A stretch of 64,000 nt of DNA from positions 56,971 through 120,970 of the forward strand of contig CBFDCQ010000002.1 of the NCBI GenBank assembly GCA_965603355.1, read 5' to 3'. A program made the position numbers and the translations under genes. The DNA comes from an uncultured bacterium. GTDB lineage: Bacteria > Hydrogenedentota > CAZGCA01 > CBFDCQ01. Every line of letters begins with the position of its first letter. Position 1 is the stretch's first letter. The notes beneath the pieces are model-generated. The model was not told the origin of the DNA and searched no databases. It was given only the letters and a program-made list of their open reading frames with translations. Shown here piece after piece: positions 58,752 through 64,000 of the stretch.

Positions 58752-60185
58752 ATGGGGAATCCGGAATTTGACATCGTTGCAATAGGTGGGGGAGCCGGCG
58801 GTCTTTTCGCTGCGAGCGTCGCGAACGCACTGGGGGCCAAGACCTGTATTGTTGAGAAGACGCGACTGGGCGGCGACTGCACATGGTTCGGGTGTATGCC
58901 GTCCAAGGCGCTCCTCAAATCGGCCGCCGTGGCGGACTGCCTGAACAAGTCTGCCGAGTTCGGCCTGGGACTTCCCGACGATTTCGCGGTCGATACCAGC
59001 AACGTGATGTCGCACGTGAAGGACGTGGTCAATGAAATAGCCACTCACCATCCTGCGGAGGTCTTCGAGGAAAGAGGGATCAAGGTCGCGTTCGGTCCCC
59101 CTGAGTTCGTGGATGAACACACCGTGAAGGTTAGCGATGTGAGTATTACCGCGAGGAAGTTCATCATTTGCACAGGTTCCCATCCGGTGATTCCACCGAT
59201 TAACGGGCTTGACAGCGTGGATTGTCTCACGAACGAGAACGTGTTCGATCTCGAGACATTACCTCGAGACCTAATAGTGCTGGGAGCCGGTCCAATCGGG
59301 ATCGAACTATCACAAGCCCTTAACAGACTCGGAGTGCGAATTTGGCTTGTAGAAATGATGGGCCGTATTCTACCCAGAGAAGATGAGGAGATGGCCCGCG
59401 TGTTGGCTGAGAAACTCAAGGAAGAAGGAATCCAGGTTCTGACCGGCAAGAAGGCGACAAGATTCGCCAGGAGAAACGGGAGAGTTTATGCGATTCTGGA
59501 AGGTAAGGATGCCAGCAAGGAGGAGATCTCGGCCGAGAACGTTCTCGTCGCCGTCGGCAGAGCGCCCAATGTAGAAGGGCTTTGCCTGGATAAGGCCGGC
59601 GTCGAGTACGCGAAGACAGGTATCAAGGTTAACGCATATCTGCAAACCACGAACAAGTCCATTTTCGCATGTGGAGATATAGTTGGGCCGTACTTTTTCA
59701 GCCACGTCGCGGCCTATCAGGCTGGGGTTGCAGTTCGCAACGCCTTGTTCAAGAGGTTGGCGTGGCAGAAGGTCAACTACAGCAACGTAGCATGGGCGAC
59801 CTTCACCGATCCGGAACTCGCTCGTCTGGGATTGACCGAGGAGGAGGCGAAGGAGCAGCATCCAGACGTGCGCGTGTACAAGACTGACTACACCAGCTCC
59901 GACCGGGCAATTACCGACCGACACAAGGAAGGTTTGATCAAGGTGATCCTGGATAAGAAAGGGCGCATTCTCGGAGCGCATGTCGTCGGTGCACAGGCGG
60001 GTGAGATTATTCAAGGGCTCATCGTCGCGAAAGCTAACAAGATACCTCTGGCAAAGCTTTCCGGAGCACTGTACATATACCCCACATTGTCCGAGCTGGT
60101 GAAGAAGACCGCCGGCAAGGCCTTTGTGGAAAAAGCGAACAACCCGCTTGTAAAGTTCATACTCAGAGTGATGAAAGCATTTTGA
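58752..60185 (+). CDS. Pyridine nucleotide-disulfide oxidoreductase (Lpd/MerA-like, DedA-associated type)
   Basis: GGGAGG FAD site, GGDCTWFGCMPSK redox disulfide, GAGPIG and YPTLSE motifs; no C-terminal Cys-Cys. Confidence 0.9.
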   Translation: MGNPEFDIVAIGGGAGGLFAASVANALGAKTCIVEKTRLGGDCTWFGCMPSKALLKSAAVADCLNKSAEFGLGLPDDFAVDTSNVMSHVKDVVNEIATHHPAEVFEERGIKVAFGPPEFVDEHTVKVSDVSITARKFIICTGSHPVIPPINGLDSVDCLTNENVFDLETLPRDLIVLGAGPIGIELSQALNRLGVRIWLVEMMGRILPREDEEMARVLAEKLKEEGIQVLTGKKATRFARRNGRVYAILEGKDASKEEISAENVLVAVGRAPNVEGLCLDKAGVEYAKTGIKVNAYLQTTNKSIFACGDIVGPYFFSHVAAYQAGVAVRNALFKRLAWQKVNYSNVAWATFTDPELARLGLTEEEAKEQHPDVRVYKTDYTSSDRAITDRHKEGLIKVILDKKGRILGAHVVGAQAGEIIQGLIVAKANKIPLAKLSGALYIYPTLSELVKKTAGKAFVEKANNPLVKFILRVMKAF

Positions 60186-60202
60186 GAGGTAGAAACAAGC
60201 TC

Positions 60203-60931
60203 ATGAAACTCCTAAAGAATGTGTGGGTTAAGCTGGCGATTATTCTGCTGTTTTTCGTCATAGTATTTGTGGTTCTGAAGGTATCGGGAGTTGATTACTC
60301 GAAGATCAGTCCCGAGAACGTCAAGGAAAAGATACTGTCCCTCGGCATATGGGCCCCGATTGGCTACATCGTGTTCTACACTCTACGACCGCTGATTCTG
60401 TTTCCAGCCGCGGTGACGTCGATGGTCGGGGGGCTGGCATTCGGCCCCAAGTGGGGTACCCTCTACACCGTAATTGGAGGGACAATATGCGCCGTGGTGG
60501 AATTCTGGATCGCGCGCTACTTCGGCAGAGGCGCTGTAGCACGTTTCCTGAAAGGCAAGCTCGTTAGCGTCGATGAAGCAATTGAGAAACACGGCTTTAT
60601 CACGGTTATGATGATCCGGTTGATACCGAACGCGCCGTATGACGTCCAGAACTACAGTCTGGGTCTTACGCGGGTCAAGGCACGAGATTACTTCCTCGCC
60701 ACCCTCATAGGGATCATACCCGGTACGTTCGTGTTCGTGTATCTCGGACACTCGGTGAGTGATCCGAAGCAACTCTGGAAGATAATGATCGCGGCACTGC
60801 TCTTCCTTGGCATCTACTTCCTTCAGAAGTACCTACGAGCAAAGCACGGGCACAAGATCAAGACGGTGTCGGTTGACGAAAGTGGAGGTGAGACAGATGA
60901 ACGCGTTTCTGAGTCTCCTGGAGACGCATAG
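60203..60931 (+). CDS. TVP38/TMEM64 (DedA superfamily) membrane protein
   Basis: GGLAFGP..G, RLIP..PYD.QNYSLGLT and GIIPGT motifs. Confidence 0.92.
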   Translation: MKLLKNVWVKLAIILLFFVIVFVVLKVSGVDYSKISPENVKEKILSLGIWAPIGYIVFYTLRPLILFPAAVTSMVGGLAFGPKWGTLYTVIGGTICAVVEFWIARYFGRGAVARFLKGKLVSVDEAIEKHGFITVMMIRLIPNAPYDVQNYSLGLTRVKARDYFLATLIGIIPGTFVFVYLGHSVSDPKQLWKIMIAALLFLGIYFLQKYLRAKHGHKIKTVSVDESGGETDERVSESPGDA

Positions 60932-61901
60932 CGCTACTGAAGCGGATAGCGATATCAGGCGGGGAGAACTGACGACCCTGCAGATAAACATGGGCAACCT
61001 GTGCAATCAGCAGTGCCTGCATTGCCACATAGACGCCTCTCCGCACGGCGAGAATGTGATGTCCCGGGAGGTCGTGGGCGGTATTCTCCGGTTTCTCGCC
61101 CGCAACGAGGGATTGATCCTCGACATTACTGGCGGTGCGCCGGAACTCAACCCGCATTTCGAATACTTGATCCGCTCGGCTCGTCCGTTCGTTGACGAGA
61201 TTATCGTGAGGTCCAACCTCACGGTCCTTTTCGAGCCGGGCAAGGAACACCTGCCCGATTTCTTCAAGGAATGTGGAATTCACCTCATCTGCTCGTTGCC
61301 TTGCTACACGGAGGGGAACGTTGATCTTCAACGGGGAAGCGGCGTGTTTGAAAAGAGCGTTAGGGCGCTGCATCTGCTCAACGATTTCGGCTTCGCTAGA
61401 GATGATAGGCTGCGTCTCGACCTCGTCTATAACCCTAACGGGCCGAAACTGCCGCCGAAGCACGATGACCTGGAGAAGGAATACAAACGCGTTCTGGACG
61501 CGGATTATGGAATAGAGTTCAACAAACTCATCACCATAACTAACGTTCCGATAAAGAGATTCAGGAACCTCCTGGAATCCCAGGGTGAGTATGACCGGTA
61601 CATGGGTCTGTTGAGGAGCAGCTTCAACCCGGCGGTGGTTGAGAACCTGATGTGCCGCACGTTCCTGAGCGTGGGTTATGACGGAACGCTCTATGACTGC
61701 GACTTCAACCAGGCATTAGGGCTCGCACTCACAGATGAGACGGGCAACATTCTGACAATAGATCAGGTCGACGCATACGAGCTCGAGGGAAGAGAGGTAG
61801 CACTTGACGAACATTGTCTCGCCTGTACGGCGGGCTACGGATCGAGCTGCCAGGGAGTCCTAGCCGACGGGCAGGACTCTTCCACACAACCTTGTTGTTA
61901 G
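60897..61901 (+). CDS. arsS: Arsenosugar-biosynthesis-type radical SAM protein (TIGR04167-like)
   Basis: LQINMGNLCNQQCLHCH, DITGGAPE, SLPCY, LMCR..LSV and YDCDFNQ motifs; HCLACTAGYGSSC C-terminus; GGAGG RBS. Confidence 0.92.
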   Translation: MNAFLSLLETHSATEADSDIRRGELTTLQINMGNLCNQQCLHCHIDASPHGENVMSREVVGGILRFLARNEGLILDITGGAPELNPHFEYLIRSARPFVDEIIVRSNLTVLFEPGKEHLPDFFKECGIHLICSLPCYTEGNVDLQRGSGVFEKSVRALHLLNDFGFARDDRLRLDLVYNPNGPKLPPKHDDLEKEYKRVLDADYGIEFNKLITITNVPIKRFRNLLESQGEYDRYMGLLRSSFNPAVVENLMCRTFLSVGYDGTLYDCDFNQALGLALTDETGNILTIDQVDAYELEGREVALDEHCLACTAGYGSSCQGVLADGQDSSTQPCC

Positions 61902-62746
61902 GGAAGGCCGACTGCGGGCGCATACTGACCGTATCCGACAAGCCGCCGACCTCGCTCGTCCTCTATGAGCAGTATAGCCCAGGTATCCTTATGTTCGTGG
62001 CAGTATCGCTCGACATCCTTTCGATCCATGACCATGAAGGCGGTGGAGAGCCCGTCGGAGATGGTTGCTGACGAGCATGAGGCCCATGCACGGATTGCTC
62101 CCTGGGCGGGCTGACCGGTTCTGGGGTCGATGATGTGCTCGCCTTTCACGCTCGTCCCGGAGGCGCTGAGCGCCCTGTCGCGCAGGAGTATCGGTTCAGG
62201 CCTGTCTTCTTCTTCCATACCGCTGCCGACGCCCACAGGCCATCCATCCTCGCCCGGCGGCGCGCCAACCGCGAGCACGGAGCTATCGCCACCATGGAGA
62301 AGCGTCGACTCGATACTCCAGTCCCGCAGGAACGCCGCCACCTTGTCCAGCGCAAAACCTTTGCCGATTCCTCCCAGATCGATCTTAACATTGGCGTCCT
62401 TGAGGCGGATTGCGAAGTTCTTTTTGTCGAATTCCACCTTTTTCATACCGTCCCGTACGCGGGTTACATCAAAAGCGCCGTTGGTCTCCGCAGATATACG
62501 CGCCGTCAGTTGCAGGCACTCGAACGTCTCCAGGCTGACGCGCACCGGCTCCTTCGCCCCGAGGATGTTGATGCGCGACACGTCGCTTGACTCCATGAAC
62601 CGGCTCAGGTAGCCCTCGATCCGGTCGATTTCGGCGAACGCGGCCTGCGCGGCCCCACGCGCATACTCCGCCGGTTGGTCGGCAATGTGGATCTCGAAGG
62701 CGGTATCCATGGCTTCGTGAGCGAAACGGTGAGCCTTCGATATCAC
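61898..62746 (-). CDS. apbE: FAD:protein FMN transferase
   Basis: AMDT.F, GAFDVT, DLGGIGKGFALD, HIIDPRTG and DGLSTA motifs; start probably GTG at 62746. Confidence 0.92.
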   Translation of the reverse strand: MISKAHRFAHEAMDTAFEIHIADQPAEYARGAAQAAFAEIDRIEGYLSRFMESSDVSRINILGAKEPVRVSLETFECLQLTARISAETNGAFDVTRVRDGMKKVEFDKKNFAIRLKDANVKIDLGGIGKGFALDKVAAFLRDWSIESTLLHGGDSSVLAVGAPPGEDGWPVGVGSGMEEEDRPEPILLRDRALSASGTSVKGEHIIDPRTGQPAQGAIRAWASCSSATISDGLSTAFMVMDRKDVERYCHEHKDTWAILLIEDERGRRLVGYGQYAPAVGLP

Positions 62747-64000
62747 TGCTCCATCCTCTCGATGAACTCCTCCCACAGATCGGCTCGTACGTAAGTCAGG
62801 AGCAGGACGTCCGGACGCAGCCCGACATACTCTTTCTCATACCTGTCGCTAAGTGCGGCGTCCAGATCGGCCTCGAGCGCAGGTGCTGTGACAATCATCG
62901 CGGCGTCAGGGTCATCAGGCGGCTCGTTCCAGTACCCCACGGACGTGAACCGGCGTAGGTACCACGGCAGAGGCCAGTAGTCAGAACCGGGGACAATGAT
63001 CTTAATAAGCATGTCACGCCCGTCCGGATGGACGTCGGCGATCTGCTCGGCCCGTTTCGCCAGCCTCAGAAACGTCCGGGAAGTCTGCGCGTAGACGTAA
63101 GGGTTACGCGGATCGCTGTCGAACACGTCGTTCCCCCGGTACGCCTGCGCCCCGAGGTGCCAAACGCCCACAACCAACAGGACGCTGAGAATGGCCTTCA
63201 AAGGTTTGCCCGGGAGCAGGCGATACAGGGCAACCGCCCCTACCCCGGCCATCAGGATCATGCCGTGAAGAAAACTGAGCATGCACCAGGGAGTCTTGTA
63301 CGGGGCAATCGAGTAGACGAACGTCATCAAGATGGTGTAGAACGCTAGGAGACGCAGCAAACGCACGTTCCCCTCCATCGCCGGTTTCCGCTTCAGTACG
63401 GCGCCTATGCCGACAAGCGCCAGAAGCATGATCAGTGCCTCACTCCACCACGGTCCCGGTGCGTACTTGAAGAAAGCGAGCATCTTCAGGTAGTAGTACC
63501 ACGGATGGTTGTGCAGTCCTGCGCCGCTGGTGCTGCTGTCGCCGGTCCCCGCCCGCTGCACGTACTGCCCGTAACTAAGCACGGAGTCCCAGATAGCGCG
63601 CGGCTGCGTCATGAATACGGAGAGGCAGAGAACGCCCACGATGGCCGCTACCACAATAGCACCTGCCGCGTGCCGCCGATCGATATAGTCGCGGAGCCGG
63701 AGCTCATCGTGATCCACGTGCCGCGTCCATGCCGCCGCGAGCCCTGCGCCGGCAAACATGGCAATACACGCGACCACGAACGTTTCCTTGCTGGCATACA
63801 TCAAGCCGACGCAAGCACCGCTCAGAAGCGCCCACCAGAGTCGCTTGGTGCGGGTGTACCGCCACGCCGCGCCCATCGCGGCGAACGTGAAGAACACAAG
63901 GAGGATTTCCTGGATATAGTACCGGCTGTAGAAAACCATGGCCGGCGAAACGGCGGTCAGTACAGCGGCGCACACCATCGCCCCTCGTCCAAGGCCGTCG
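62743..64000 (-). CDS. Membrane GT-C-type glycosyltransferase (TIGR03663/Agl23-like), 5' end outside window
   Basis: SPAMVFYSRYYIQE, SKET, HPWYYY, YKTPW, NPYVYAQT and YWPLPWYLR motifs. Confidence 0.82.
   Translation of the reverse strand, partial: DGLGRGAMVCAAVLTAVSPAMVFYSRYYIQEILLVFFTFAAMGAAWRYTRTKRLWWALLSGACVGLMYASKETFVVACIAMFAGAGLAAAWTRHVDHDELRLRDYIDRRHAAGAIVVAAIVGVLCLSVFMTQPRAIWDSVLSYGQYVQRAGTGDSSTSGAGLHNHPWYYYLKMLAFFKYAPGPWWSEALIMLLALVGIGAVLKRKPAMEGNVRLLRLLAFYTILMTFVYSIAPYKTPWCMLSFLHGMILMAGVGAVALYRLLPGKPLKAILSVLLVVGVWHLGAQAYRGNDVFDSDPRNPYVYAQTSRTFLRLAKRAEQIADVHPDGRDMLIKIIVPGSDYWPLPWYLRRFTSVGYWNEPPDDPDAAMIVTAPALEADLDAALSDRYEKEYVGLRPDVLLLTYVRADLWEEFIERMEQ

Noticed and set aside
58752-60185. 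Mercuric reductase merA or dihydrolipoamide dehydrogenase
   Set aside because: It lacks the MerA C-terminal Cys pair and mer neighbours, and has YPT rather than the HPT of Lpd
48128-61901. Genomic island integrated at tRNA-Pro
   Set aside because: The position is suggestive, but I found no integrase and no duplicated tRNA 3' end
60897-61901. Selenocysteine readthrough in arsS
   Set aside because: No in-frame TGA; the relevant codon is TGC
1-64000. CRISPR array
   Set aside because: No regularly spaced direct repeats with unique spacers; the repeats seen are intragenic or REP-like

Overview
GC-rich bacterial chromosomal window. A DUF1559/H-X9-DG prepilin-type gene and a membrane-anchored ECF sigma factor suggest a PVC- or Hydrogenedentes-like lineage (inference only). 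(1) 1-24.8 kb, minus strand: a surface-polysaccharide locus with heptose genes (hddA, gmhA, gmhB), a NusG/RfaH paralogue, Wza, Wzc, a tyrosine kinase with an N-terminal MshEN-like domain, an acyltransferase, AsnB, an ACP, an AMP-ligase, three further PP-loop enzymes and Wzm/Wzt. A 1615-aa PKD/CBM-repeat protein sits inside it. Two sigma54 promoters in the locus share an almost identical enhancer layout. (2) 25-36 kb: a matrixin-type surface protease and partner, a prepilin-type gene, and the archaeal-type cyclic 2,3-diphosphoglycerate genes pgk2-cpgS. (3) 36-48 kb: thrS, an ECF fusion, kdsA/D/C, pcm, a membrane SAM transferase, a MerR gene, tRNA-Pro(GGG) and REP-like palindromes. (4) 48.7-61.9 kb: a putative sigma54-driven operon that interleaves the ArsS radical-SAM (arsenosugar-type) module with a full oxidative pentose-phosphate set; its transaldolase is frameshifted. 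(5) apbE and a partial membrane glycosyltransferase. No CRISPR array, rRNA or intact transposase was seen. All family calls come from reading motifs, not from database searches.
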